Source of the DNA: Octopus sinensis
Lineage: Eukaryota
Assembly: GCF_006345805.1 (NCBI RefSeq)
Contig: NC_043014.1
Span: 50,778,001-50,842,000, forward strand
Length of the DNA stretch: 64,000 nt
Direction of reading: 5' to 3'
The notes beneath the pieces were generated by a model. The model was not told where the DNA came from and did no database searches. It was given only the letters and a program-made list of their open reading frames with translations. The position numbers were made by a program, and so were the translations under genes. This document shows, in pieces, positions 14,134-27,823 of the stretch (its first letter is position 1; each line of letters opens with the position of its first letter).

Positions 14134-15365
14134 TTGGGTTGACAACTAAATTCCCGCCGTTTTTTTTTTATTTTGGAATCTATTTTTTACGAGAAATCTA
14201 ATTTTGAATGATTTTTTAATCTATTTCTTATTTTTCTAGTTAATCTTAGTTAATTTTTGTTTATTTTCAGATCATTAAGAAAAAACGAGAATTTTCGACA
14301 CCTCCTTCTTTTTGTTTTTAATCAAGGTTCTGAGGCCGCAAAAGCTGCCCGCGACATTTGTGCTGTATATGGAGAGGGTGCCATAGTTGAAAGAGACGCT
14401 CGTGATTGGTATGCGAAGTCCAAATTAGAAATTTTGACTTCAAAGACGCACCTCCTTCTGGCCGTCAGGTTGAGTTCGCTGAAGATCGATTAAAACAACT
14501 TTTGCACGAAAATTCTCGTCAAACGACAATGGAATTGGCAGAGAAACTGGAATGCTTCCAAACTGCTATACAGAAGCATCTTCACTCGATGGGAAAGGTT
14601 CAGAAGTAGGGAGCATGGGTTCCGTATGATTTAAGTGACAACAACAAAAATCAACGAGCCACAATCTCCGCTGGTTTGCTTGCTCGTCACCGCTCAACTC
14701 ATGGACACAAACAACGATCGCTCTACGGAATCGTTACACGCGACGAAAAATGGTGCCGGTACATCAATATGAAGCAGCGTAAGGAATGGCTTAGCCCCGG
14801 TAAACAAGCGACACCGCACGTGAAACAAGATCTTCATCCGCGTAAAACGATGTTGTGCTTATGGTGGGACGGGAAATGGATTATTCATTACGAATTACTT
14901 GAACGGAACCAAACGGTCAACGCGGAACTCTATATTCAACGGATGCAACGACTCAACACGGCTATTCAAGAGAAAAGACCTAATCGGCAACATGGAGTTC
15001 TTCTGCTGCGCGACAGCCCCCGCCCTCATATCGCCAAAATGACCAAGGAAGCCATTCAAATGCATGACTGGGAAGTGCTTCCCTACCCGCCGTACTCTCC
15101 TGATTTCGCCGCAACGGTTTTCCACATCTTTCGATCTCATTCAAATGTTATGCGTGGAGATTCGTTCAATACTGATGCAGAATTGAAAGCTTGGTTGGAT
15201 TAATTTTTCGAGTCGAAATCGGGTGATTTCTACCAATAGGTATTCAAAATCTTGTTGAACATTGGGAAGAAGTTGTAAAGAGCAAAGGTGAATATATTTT
15301 TGTTAAAACTTTTAAATAATTTAAATCTAAAAAAAAAAACGACGGGAGTTTAGTTGCCAACCCAA
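14134..15365 (+). mobile_element. Full-length mariner (Tc1/mariner) DNA transposon, inactive
   Basis: ~27-bp TIRs ttgggttgacaactaaattcccgccg / cgacgggagtttagttgccaacccaa, TA on both sides, 1232 bp. Confidence 0.96.
14270..15290 (+). pseudogene. Mariner transposase pseudogene (frameshift, stops, degenerate catalytic motifs)
   Basis: Motifs RHLLLFVFNQG..AARDICAVYG, WVPYDLS, IVTRDEKW, HPRKTMLCLWWD, LLRDSPRPH, YPPYSPDFA; split across ORFs 14257, 14406 and 14676. Confidence 0.93.
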
Positions 15366-15404
15366 TATATATATCTCTCTATATATATATGTTCTTTTTT
15401 TTCT

Positions 15405-15559
15405 TTTTCCTTTCTTGCTACAGTCATTTGACTGCGGCCATGCTGGAGTATCACCTTTAGTCGACCCCGGGACTTATCTTTTGTAAGCCTCGTATTTATT
15501 CTTTCGGTTGTTAAGTGATGTTGGAAGGACAAGCACAAACACACATACACACACACACA

Positions 15560-15601
<42 letters not shown>

Positions 15602-15795
15602 TGTGTATGTGTGTCTGTGCTTGTCCTTCCAACATCATATATATATATATATATATACGGCGGGTTTCTTTCAGTTTCCGTCTACCAAATCCACTCGCAA
15701 GGCTTTGGTCGACCCGAGGCTATAGTAGAAGACACTGAAGCTGAAATCATGTGCTTGGTATGCAATCTACTTACCACATAGCCACTCCTACGCCT
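15405..15795 (-). mobile_element. SINE family B, older and internally rearranged
   Basis: cagtcatttgactgcggccatgctggag and tttcagtttccgtctaccaaatccactc blocks with internal microsatellite. Confidence 0.85.
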
Positions 15796-16228
15796 ATAAA
15801 TATATATTAGTCGGTCAACATTCCAACATAATCCGACTTTTCCATTTACCTTAGAGTTTTTACAATTTTCCAATATTACATATTAAAACATTACAAGTGC
15901 TTTAATGTTTTTATAGAACAGAGTAAAGTATGCAATTTTTCAGAATAAAACCAACACCTTCTCTTGCTTTTAACACTTTTCAGGTAAATATTTATGTAGT
16001 AGTAGTAGTATTAAACAAACAAGTAATATGCTTCATGTTTATCAACTGTAGTGAAAGGACCGGATTTTTCCTTTCAAACGTAACGGTTCGTTGAACACGG
16101 CAATTCACCTGACATCCAGCTCGCTTATGTATGGCAACATTTTAACAAATCCGACTCACATCACGGTGATATTACTGACACCATTACTACAGCTTCCGGC
16201 CAAAATTATACGTAAATCTGTACTGATA

Positions 16229-16708
16229 TTCTTCTTCTTCTCCTTCTTCTCCTTCTTCTTCTTCTTCTTCTTCTTCTTCTTCTTCTTCTTCTTCTCCTTC
16301 TTCTTCTCCTTCTTCTTCTCTTCTTCTTCTCCTTCTTCTTCTTCTTCTTCTTCTTCTTCTTCTTCTTCTTCTTCTTCTTCTTCTTCTTCTTCTTCTTCTT
16401 CTTCTTCTCCTTCTTCTTCTCCTTTTTCTTCTTCTTCTTCTTCGTCGATGATGATGATGACGATGATGATGTCAAAAACAACAACGACGATGACGTTAAT
16501 GATGATGATAATGATGATGATGAAAATAATGGTGGTAATGATGGTGATGATGGTGATGATGAGGATGATGATAAGGAGGAGGAGGATGTTGATGATGTTG
16601 ATGATAATGATGAAGGTGATGATGAAGATGAAGAAGATGATGATGATGATGATGATGATGATGAAGACGAAGAAGAAGAAGAAGAAGAAGAAGAAGAAGA
16701 TGATGATG

Positions 16709-16753
<45 letters not shown>

Positions 16754-16925
16754 ATGTTAAACACAATAATTGTGATGATGTCGTAGACGTCCACAATGGT
16801 GAAACCATCGAAGTCTCTGAATATAATGAAGATAATGAGGACAATACTGATAACGATGATGACGATGATGATGATGATGATGACGACGACGATGATGATG
16901 ATGATGATGATGATGATGCTGATGA
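16229..16925. repeat. Compound triplet array (TTC/TCC)n-(GAT)n-(GAA)n-(GCT)n-(GAT/GAC)n
   Basis: Direct reading. Confidence 0.97.
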
Positions 16926-17134
16926 TGAGAAACACTTAAAACTAAGTTTTTATTATGGCTTTCCTTATTGCTGCCGGTCAAATATCACCTCCGAAGTTAA
17001 TCCACGAGTATTACAATGGATTGTTCTGGTTTAACTGATAAGTACGCGTCACTTGGTCCTTGTTCCAATCGCGATACGTTTTGTAAAGTAATTCACAATG
17101 CTACAAAACAGACACCAACCGCCACCAAAACCAA

Positions 17135-17137
17135 CAC

Positions 17138-17200
<63 letters not shown>

Positions 17201-17326
17201 TTACTACTACTACTACTGCCACCACCACCACCAACCGCCATCAACATCACGGCCACCACGACCACCGACATCAACATCACGACCACGACCACCACGACCA
17301 CCCACGACCACCACGACCACCACCAT

Positions 17327-17362
<36 letters not shown>

Positions 17363-17475
17363 CACAACCACGACCACGACCACCACGACCACCACTCACC
17401 ACCAAAACGACCTATGACGACGACGACGACGACCACCACCACCACCACCACCACTACTACTGCCGCTGCTGCTGC
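17135..17475. repeat. Compound triplet array (ACT)n-(ACC/ACG)n
   Basis: Direct reading. Confidence 0.95.
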
Positions 17476-17983
17476 AGCAGAATTGTAATTGCGAATGTTA
17501 AGTGATGTAATCAAATTCAAGTCATCTTAGTCGAGATAATTCTAATCTTTCTGCCCAGTCTAACAGTTATTCTCTTCCTTCACCGCCGTTTCCACCGCTT
17601 TTGTATTGATTGGTTAGGATTTAGAGACAAGACCAGCAATTATGAGACGAGAGGGAAGATGATAACAGCGTGGAAAGGATGAAAACCAAATTCGACCCTG
17701 TCGCGATTTGAAACAAAGATGCATAAAGCCAATACGAATAAGGTAAGGCATTTCCACGATGCTCCAACGATTCTGTTTTTTTTTGGCGGGGTGGGGGGCT
17801 TACACTCTATAATAAACGTTTAAAATTTTAGCGTAAGGTCGGCAATTCCGTGGGTACATCGATAAATCGACCTCTAGTTCTCAGCTGGTAGTTACTTTAT
17901 CGACCGCTTCCCTCCCGAAGTGATAAAAGGCAAATCAACCTCGACGAATTTTTGAACTTAGAAAGTAATGATGGACATAATAC

Positions 17984-18205
17984 CTATTTCTTTACTACCC
18001 ACAAGGGGCTAAACACCGAGAGGACAAACAAGGACAAACAAACAGATTACGTCGAGTATATGGGCCCCAGTGCGTAACTGGTACTTATTTAATCGACCCC
18101 GAAAGAACGAACGGTAAAGCCGACCTCGGCAGAATTTGAACTCAGAACGTAGCGGCATACGTAGCACCGCTGAGCATTTTGTCCGGCATGCTAACGATTC
18201 TGCCA
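17984..18205 (-). mobile_element. SINE family A monomer (older decayed A fragments lie at ~17610-17975)
   Basis: Tail tatttctttactacccacaagggg through head gctaacgattctgcca. Confidence 0.88.
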
Positions 18206-18746
18206 GAATGCGCCTTCTCACGCTCTGTGTTATTAATGGGGTCTGATTACGGAGATCACATTGGAAATTCCAGGTGCGCTTCGTTTCAACCGCACCAAGA
18301 AATATGCTTTATAGAAATATGCTTAAATAAATTTAATCAGCTCTTTGCTAACAAATTAAGCAAGACCGGGTTCTCGCACCAACTTCCGTTTTACAAAATT
18401 TGAGGGCAATATTGTAACTTTACCTTAAGTTCTTCCACGCTATACAAAACCGTTCCTGAGAAAATATAATCAATACGTAACCGACACCTGAAGACCTATC
18501 GTTCATCACCAATTCTCTATGCATGTTGGCTACGTTGTCCCCAAATATAAATAAACATTTGAGTCATAGCGCAATTAATTTTCAACGGGACATAATACTA
18601 CATGTTACGTACGTTTCTTCGAATTCTACTTTATCTACCTTGTAAGGTTATCTCCCTTGTAAGTTGTAGACACGACACAATAAATTATTTGCCGTTACTT
18701 ATGTAACTAACTCCACGAAATAACAATAATGTATGTTACTTATGTG

Positions 18747-19004
18747 GGGGCGCGTCGCTTAGTGGTTAGGGTGTCAATACCATGATCGTAAGATAGTGGT
18801 TTCGATTCCTGGACCGGGCGGCGCGTTGTGTTGTTGAGCAAAACACTTCATTTCACGTTCCTCCAGTTCACTCAGCTGGCAAAAGTGAGTAACTCTGCGA
18901 TGGACTGGCGTCCCGTCCAGCTGGGGAGCACATACGCCATTGAAACCGGGAAACCGGTTCTATGAGACAGGCTAGGCTTTAAAAGGCGCATTTATTACTT
19001 ATTT
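18747..19004 (+). mobile_element. tRNA-derived SINE family C with CORE/Meta-like central domain and 15-bp TSD
   Basis: A box cgcttagtgg, B box ggtttcgattcc, central ttgagcaaaacacttcatttcacg; TSD tatgttacttatgtg at 18732-18746 and 19005-19019. Confidence 0.9.
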
Positions 19005-19298
19005 TATGTTACTTATGTGAGTTAGTTTCGTTTATCTCGACTGCTACCGACATAAGCTCCTCCAAGATGTAGTTTATCTCCCTTGAGATTTTACTAATCC
19101 TATACACGATGTAATGCAACATTTGTTGTAACCTATCTAAGTTTTAGTTTATCTCCCCTTATTCTAAAATTATTCTCCCACAGGTTAATATATATCAAAG
19201 CTGGGAACGCTAACAGCAGCCATTGCTTTAAATCATTTATAAGAGTTGCTGTATTAATTGAAAGAAGCGATATTTTGTTGAAAAACTTTAATGTTAAT

Positions 19299-20014
19299 AT
19301 AGCAATCACTCGCTATACCACGATTCACCTATCGCGCCCTCAGTACATCGCGGATTTTTCTGGCTAATATATGCAAATTTATATCGCCGTCTCCTCAGTA
19401 TATCGCGGGTTTCTGCGGCCGAGGGGTGCACAAATGTTTTTAGATTTTAATTATTTCTGTGGTAAAATAAGCCTTTTCGCCTAAAAATTAATTAATTAAT
19501 TAATAAGAATACGGTACAACACTGCAATCTGTAACACATTAATTAAAATATATCCAAATAAAATACGTAGCGTACCGTAGATGATGAAATAAAGAACCTC
19601 TCATATTTTATGGAAAACGAAACTCGGGTGGCGAGTGTGTGGTGCTGTTTTGTATTTATAATAAAATAAATATAAATTATAAAAATAAAATTATAAAATT
19701 AAAAAATTATAAAATTATAAAAATAAAAAAAATTATAAAAATATATTTTAAAAATAGAATTATAATTATAAAAATAATTATAAAAAGAAAATTATAAATT
19801 ATAAAAATAAAAAAAATTATAAAAATATATTTTAAAAATAGAATTATAATTATAAAAATAATTATAAAAAGAAAATTATAAATTATAAAAATAAATAGAT
19901 AGATAGTTATATAGACAGACAAATTGTAAAAACAAAATAAAATTATATACAGTGCAGTACACCTATTGTGGGAAGTTTTGGAACGTAACACACGTGATAG
20001 TCGAGGGATAACTA
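19299..20014. mobile_element. Tigger/pogo-like non-autonomous DNA transposon with an internal AT-rich tandem duplication
   Basis: Degenerate TIRs tagcaatcactcgctat / gatagtcgagggataacta; subterminal tatcgcg motifs; ~85-bp A-rich unit duplicated at ~19725-19895. Confidence 0.7.
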
Positions 20015-20769
20015 TTTTTTTTATTATCTTTAAATTAGTTAGGGTTTTATTGATATTGATAAGGATTAGAAGCGTATATATGTTGCCTGTAAACGAAACC
20101 AAATCCTGATCATAACAGGTTTGTAATTTGAACATGTTAATCTTGATTCATCCTCTCCTTATTGGGTTTTTCCATTAACAGGTAATAGGAAATATTGTTA
20201 TAAGAGGAATATTGCATATTTGCCAAATGGATTATCGACAGAATCAAATTAGTCGTCGGAGACGAGGATATTCATTGCTAGGAATTTAGACATTTATCAT
20301 ATATGTGAAACAGAAACAGAACAAAAAGCAAAAGAGACAAAACGAAAACAAATGTCCATCCTCAACTTGAAGAAATGAACATTTTATGCTAAAGTGTATA
20401 AAATTGTTCGTGTAGATCATATTATCGTTTTTCAGACACTTTTTGCATTTTGCTTCAGAAAAGATATTACTTAATAACGTTGCCGACAGATTCTTAATAA
20501 TATATATACATATCTGCAAGTTGAAAGGATAATATACCACAGAATTGATGCAAAGTGGACGGCAATTATATAACAAGTGTATTGCGGGATACAGAATTGA
20601 TCAAATATACAACAGGAGTTATTATTCATACATATTACTCTCCCTCTTCAATAGTGTTAAAGCGTTATCTATGGAACGCTACGTTGTTTCGGATATTATT
20701 CACTTCAAGTCAGCAGTGATAATAATCCACCATTTATCAGTAAATTGTTGGTGTTGATGATGGACATGT

Positions 20770-21132
20770 CTGTTGTTTTATCTTTCACTTGCTTCAGTCA
20801 TTGTACTGCGGCCATACTGGAACACCACCTTGAAGGGTTTTCGTCGGACAAATCGACTCCAGCACACCAGTTGTCGATCAGTGGTGGCAGGCAAACACAC
20901 ACACACACACGCACACACACGCACACACACACACACACACACACGCACACACACACACACACGCACACGACGGGCTTCTTTCAGTTTACCTCTACCAAAT
21001 CCACTGAGAAGGTTTTGGTCGGCCCGTGGCTATAGTAGAAAGTACTTGCCCAAGGAGTCACACAGTCGGGCTGAACCTGGGACCGTGTGGGTGGAAAGCA
21101 AGGTCTTTACCCCACATTCACGCCTATGCCTG
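20770..21132 (-). mobile_element. SINE family B, decayed, with internal (CA)n
   Basis: Recognisable cttcagtcattgtactgcggcc and tttcagtttacctctaccaaatccac blocks. Confidence 0.8.
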
Positions 21133-21217
21133 TATAGTAGTATATTTTGTTTTTGTAGTTGCTAGTGTTATTGTAAGTACTTGTGTCTCTGGTTATGATA
21201 GTATTATATAGAGAGTG

Positions 21218-21540
21218 AAGGTACCTGCTTAGTGTTTAGGGTACACAGCTTTAGATCGTGAGGTTTTCAGTTCGCTGCACGGCCCTGTTTTTGTGTCTTT
21301 GGGAAAGTCACTTTATTTTACGTTACTCCAGTTCACGCAGTTGGCGAAAATAAGCTGCTCCTGTAATTTAAAAAACCAGCATTGCTACACTCTGTGTCAT
21401 GCTGAATCTCTGAGAACTACGTTAAGGGTATACGTGTCTGTAGGGTACTTAGCCACTTGCTCGTTAAGCTCATGAGCAGGCTGCTCCCTGGATCGGATCA
21501 ACTGGAATCCATGTCGTCGTAACCGACGAAGGGCCAGTGT
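21218..21540 (+). mobile_element. Old tRNA/CORE-like SINE family D
   Basis: Degenerate head, gtgtctttgggaaagtcacttta central block; body aligns to 44112-44640. Confidence 0.75.
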
Positions 21541-21610
21541 AAGTAGCGTATATCGTTGTAAATGCTGTTCGATTTGTTTCTATCATCAGAAGTCTTTAAT
21601 TAGTAGCTGC

Positions 21611-21922
21611 TGTGATACACGATCCCTATTGATCGTTTTTTTTCCTCTTACCCCTTTTTTCTTCTTTTTCCATTTCTCTTTTCCTTTGTTCCTTTTCCTT
21701 TTTTTTTTTATTTTTCTTTTTTCTTTTTTCTTTTATTTATTTATTTAAAAAAAATTTTTTTTGTTCTTTTCTTCCCTTTTACGATCCCTCTTGATCGAAA
21801 ACCTACGCCACCCCCTTTTTTTTGTTTCTTTTGTTTTTTGGCTTTTTTCATCCCCCAAAAGAAAAGCTCTACCTTGTAACTTGTCCCATCTGTGTGCAGC
21901 CCTGTGTGGCCAATAAAGAAAC
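21611..21922 (+). mobile_element. 5'-truncated retroelement 3'UTR (pyrimidine-rich, L1/Tx1-like by inference) with 15-bp TSD
   Basis: ttaattagtagctgc at 21596-21610 and 21923-21937; ends ccaataaagaaac; repeated cgatcccthttgatcg motif. Confidence 0.8.
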
Positions 21923-22112
21923 TTAATTAGTAGCTGCCGTTGCTGTTTGTCTCCTTGCCGATACCTGCGTTTGTTCTTGCTGTTCTTGTCAGAGCTATTT
22001 CGTGTTTTATATTCATTTACACTCCTGGTAATTACGTCAGTAAGTATGGTCCTTGGTATAAGGTATACGGCATAAAATGTGGTGTAAGAGGTAAACCGTA
22101 GTTTGATGCTTA

Positions 22113-22520
22113 TATAGACGTTAAGAAAAGGAGGAAAAACAACAAATAGAAGTGTGTCTGAGGTGCTAAAATGCCACTATTTAATTAAGTAAGCAAGGTG
22201 AGGGTAAGAGTGAGTTTACAGCTGTTTCTGTGTACCATGTTGAGGTAAATATGTATTTACCTCGTTGGAAATGGTCGACGTCATCAGAGAGAAGAAGGCA
22301 GAGATAGACAAAGAGGAGAATAGAGTGAAAGATAGAGAGAGAAGAAATCGGAAAAGAAAATGTTCAACGAAATAAATATATATTCACCTCGAATATTGTA
22401 CACAGAAACAGTTGTGAATTCACTCTTACCCTCACCTTACTTGATTAATTAAATAATGGCTTTTTAGCACCACAGACACACTTCTATTTGTTGTTTTTCC
22501 TCCATTTTCTTATCGTATAT
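22113..22520. mobile_element. Inverted-repeat element (~160-bp arms, ~90-bp purine-rich spacer) ending in TA
   Basis: ggaggaaaaacaacaaatagaagtgtgtctg... vs ...cagacacacttctatttgttgtttttcctcc; roughly 85% arm identity by eye. Confidence 0.85.
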
Positions 22521-22545
22521 ATATAATATATATATATATATATAT

Positions 22546-22630
<85 letters not shown>

Positions 22631-23030
22631 TATATATATTTCATAATATATCAACATCGTTTATGTGTCATTTCGGTGTAAGACCTATATAGAATTATAT
22701 AATTTCTATACAAATTTAAAGAAATTATTCCAAAGTAAATTTAGGTTTTCATTAAAATTGACATCACTTATTCAAGAGCTTTCTAATGTCGATGCATAAT
22801 TCAATATTTCTTATTAGCAAACACAATCATAAAATATTTATATTTGTAATTCATGTGACATATATTTGAATTCTACATTACAGTAAACATTAACGAAATT
22901 CTGAGAGTTTAACAATATAGAATCGTGTAGTAGCTCCATTCTTCTCCAGACAAAAATACTCACACACATACATACGTACATACGCGTATATACACATAGA
23001 GAAACACGCTCACATATACAAACACAGACA

Positions 23031-23074
<44 letters not shown>

Positions 23075-23463
23075 GTATATTTACTCCTGAAGATTTTTCG
23101 AATTGGCACCAGCATAAACACTGATATTTCTTTACAATATTACGTATTTCTTTTACTTTATTTCCGTCTGTCGAATCAAAGATTTCAATCACAGTATTAT
23201 TTGCGATTTGTCTGAAACATTCTGTTTCATTGTTTATATTTCGAGCGTATAGCGGCTGAATTTTGGGGCTTTTGTTTCGTTTCAGTCATTGCGCTAAGCT
23301 CATGCTGGAGCTCCGCCTTCAAGCGTTTGTTCCATGGTATCAGCCCAAGTACTTAATTTTTTTCAGGTTCGTACGTATTTTATAAGTCCTTTCGCGGAAA
23401 AGATAATTGAGGAAGACGTAATCAATATAACCAAGCATTGGTATTAGGATAAAAGGAATCATA

Positions 23464-23494
<31 letters not shown>

Positions 23495-23508
23495 TCTTAT
23501 GTATACTC

Positions 23509-23546
<38 letters not shown>

Positions 23547-24489
23547 GTAGCATATGAATTGCTAGAAGTTTTCTAGCATGCATTGTAGCTCGTTAAATCT
23601 TGTGTTGAAATTCTCGAAAACTTTCGAACACTTTTAGGGAAATCTTAAAAAGTAATTAATTATTTATAGTACTTACCCTTTCAGAAGAGATCTTAGGCGA
23701 TATGTAGGGTTGAGACTTCTGCTTCAATGAGGATTTTATCTTTTAAAGATGTCATTACGGAAGTTTTCAATCGGTAGTTGGAAATCCTGTGTAGATTCAA
23801 CTCACTCTACGAACACACACACACAAAAAGCAAATCTTTCCAGGTAAAGACTTAGATTCTCAAGACAAACACCAATGTCAAATCACATGGAGAATTTTAT
23901 AAGGGGGCACAGTGAAATTACTTGAGATATTGGCGACCCTACTATAATGATCCCAAGAATGAGCAGTGTTTTGGAGTTCGTTGTGTTCATTACTTATACA
24001 AGCGTGAGTTATCTATCTAGCTTTGACAGGGCACTCCAGATTATTCCTACTGTGTGATTTATTAACATCTGATCTTCCTTCCTGTGGAAAAAGCCTTCGA
24101 ATAATCGTAGCATAAGCTGCTTCTACGCACCCCTTCTGAGCTTTCAAACAATTCATGTGCTTTCGCTTATATATTCATGAATCGCTGTCGTTTTGCTACA
24201 CCATCGATTTGTTTAGTTATACCTATTGTAGGTAGGTTATATTTGCATAATTTTTATTTATAATTATATTTTTGTTTTTGCGAGAAATACCATTGCTGGA
24301 AACCCTTTTATCATCATTATGTTACTTTCTCTATTCAAGGATCTGTGTAATCGAAATCCGGCATTGGACTTTCTGCAGAATGTGGTACAAAGGTCATTCG
24401 ACCTCTATTGTTAGTAAAGCATTAAATATATCCCGAATCATCACATTCCTACATCCGTTTCATCTCTTTCGCTTTCTTCCTCTCTATCT

Positions 24490-24962
<473 letters not shown>

Positions 24963-25799
24963 CTGCATACTTATATATAATTCTGTTTGAAACAAAGAGG
25001 AAAGTGAGCGAAAATGATAAAAAAATTATGCTTCTTTCACCTTATAAACGTTTACGTAGAATACAAAATCTCTATTGACTTCAGAGAAAGCAAATGTTAA
25101 AAAACTGAAGCAGTAATGGAACCAACTAGGATAAAGGACCACCATATTTTCTCTGCGTGTAGTAAATATGAATACTACATACTGCATCATTATAAAGAAT
25201 CGTCTATTATGTTCCAGGTGATATTTTGGTTTACTAATATGTGATAAATAAAACATCGAAATAGCAGTGATTGTATTAACAATAGAGTACGTTGGAAACA
25301 TTAATGGATATACTGGCTTAAAAGTTCGGAATCATTATATTGTAAAAACCGTATCCGTGTAAACGGATTTGTTACCTAGAAATACGCTTCCGGTGTCGAA
25401 TTTTGCATTGCATTGCAGATAATGTAAGAATACTTATTCCATAGGTTCACTGGAATAAAAGGTTTCAATACCATTCGCTAAAATACAAACATATACAGAG
25501 ATATACATTTAAACATACATACATACATATATATATATATGTCGAAACATATGTCGAGAATAAAGGAATTTTGTTAAATCGTCGTTCAACTCCATTCTTT
25601 CATATATATATATATATATATATATTTATACGCATCCACACTCTTGTAGATTCATAAATGTTTTCGTAAGTATACATGTGCATACATACATATATACACA
25701 TGCACTGACAGAGATTTAATCGTACATACGGACATAAATACTTTTCCATACACATTCCTAAATCCTCTCTCTCTCCATCTCCTCTCTCTCTTCCTCTCT

Positions 25800-25823
25800 A
25801 GATATGTGTGTATATATATACAC

Positions 25824-25875
<52 letters not shown>

Positions 25876-25972
25876 GTTATATATATATGTACATATATGT
25901 GTGTGTATGCAAATATTTATATATGCATATATATATATTATATATAATAAAGAGAGAGAGAGAGCGAGAGAG

Positions 25973-26022
<50 letters not shown>

Positions 26023-26090
26023 ATAAATAGATGGATAGATACATACATACATAGTTAGATAGATAGACAGACACATAAGTTGATAGATAA
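25800..26090. repeat. (TA)n-(GA)n-(GATA)n compound microsatellite
   Basis: Direct reading. Confidence 0.96.
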
Positions 26091-26544
26091 GCAGAAATAA
26101 CATGCATGATATTCTCGACTTGCTCAACATAACAATTTTTAAAAAATTTATGATTGGATTGATTGAAAATGGGTCGAAAACGACAAAGCAATTCTATCCC
26201 GTCCCCGACCACCACCCATGAAAAACAAAAGAAAAAAAAAACATCAACTACAGACAAATATTTCTTAATTATTTTACAATTTTGAATTTTATTGTTGTTA
26301 ATTACTTTTTTTTCTTCTTTTCTATAACATATAGAATTCTCTCGTACTGGAAAAGATAAAAAAAAAAAAAAGAGTTGAATTCCTGAATGGAAAAATTTAG
26401 TTTTGAGGACATTGGCGAAAAAAATAATATACGGTGTAAAAAAAATATACGGGGAGATGTAATGAATAGACAATAATTCCAGCTAATTCATCATATTTCA
26501 TGTAATTGAGCACCGATACATAGGCAAAAATATACATATAAGTG

Positions 26545-26552
26545 GCGCTATA

Positions 26553-26635
<83 letters not shown>

Positions 26636-26723
26636 GATATATATAAACCTACATATACAGATATGTGATGACCATGTATGTGTATAAGTGCTTCCATGTA
26701 TGAGCGTATGTCTTTTTGTATCT

Positions 26724-26764
<41 letters not shown>

Positions 26765-26775
26765 ATATAATATAT

Positions 26776-26818
<43 letters not shown>

Positions 26819-26923
26819 TACATATATATATATATATCTATATATATATATATATTATATATATATTGATACAGAGAGAGATTGGTATGTAGACAGCGAT
26901 ATAGAAATGTAAGTTTTTATCCA

Positions 26924-26982
<59 letters not shown>

Positions 26983-27080
26983 GCGTAGATATATACCTAT
27001 ACATACATAAATACATACAAACATACACACACACACATATATGTATATATACTTACCTTTATATATATATATATATATAC
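26545..27080. repeat. Cluster of (TA)n and (TC)n-(TA)n arrays
   Basis: Direct reading. Confidence 0.95.
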
Positions 27081-27204
27081 ATTGCCAATGTATTTCTGAA
27101 AGACTTATTTATTTTAAAATTAACTCTACCATTCAAGGACATTTTTTGTCCAAATTTGTTCATTATCCTCCTTATATGTAAGTATATCCTGTACATTATC
27201 AAAT

Positions 27205-27486
27205 AGCATTATCATCATCATCATCATCATCGTCGTCGTCGTCATTCCCACCTCCTCCCCTTCCCTCCTTCTGCACTTCCTCTTCTCCCCTCGCTCCTCC
27301 TCCCATTAATCCCCCTTGCTCCTCCTCCTCCTCATCATCATCATCATCATCACCACCACCACCATCATCATCATCAGCAGCAGCAGCAACAGCATCACCA
27401 TCAAGATCATCATCATCATCATCATCATCTTCATCATCATCACATTCATCATCATCATCGCCATCATCATCATCATGATCATCATC

Positions 27487-27517
<31 letters not shown>

Positions 27518-27570
27518 TCAACATCATCATCATCAACATCATCATCATCATCATCATCATCGATGACATC
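27205..27570. repeat. (CAT)n-dominated triplet array with CCT, CAC and CAG blocks
   Basis: Direct reading. Confidence 0.96.
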
Positions 27571-27767
27571 TAGAGTACGAACAACAACATCGTCATAATC
27601 ACCCCACCCCTTCTCATTATCATTAATATTATTTAGCTTTTTATTTTGGTTCCCATTCATGTTGTGGTTTCGTTTTGTTTTCTTGTCCGCACCTAAAATA
27701 CAAAATCCTTTGTTTTTCTTTCATTTATTTATCTCTGTTTTTCTTTTCTTTTTATCTGAGTGCGTCC

Positions 27768-27787
27768 GTGTGTGTGTGTGTGTGTGT

Positions 27788-27823
<36 letters not shown>

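Noticed and set aside
18747-18830. tRNA gene calls for SINE heads (also 9178, 42131, 48278)
   Set aside because: A/B boxes are present but there is no complete cloverleaf, and each continues into a SINE body, several with a TSD.
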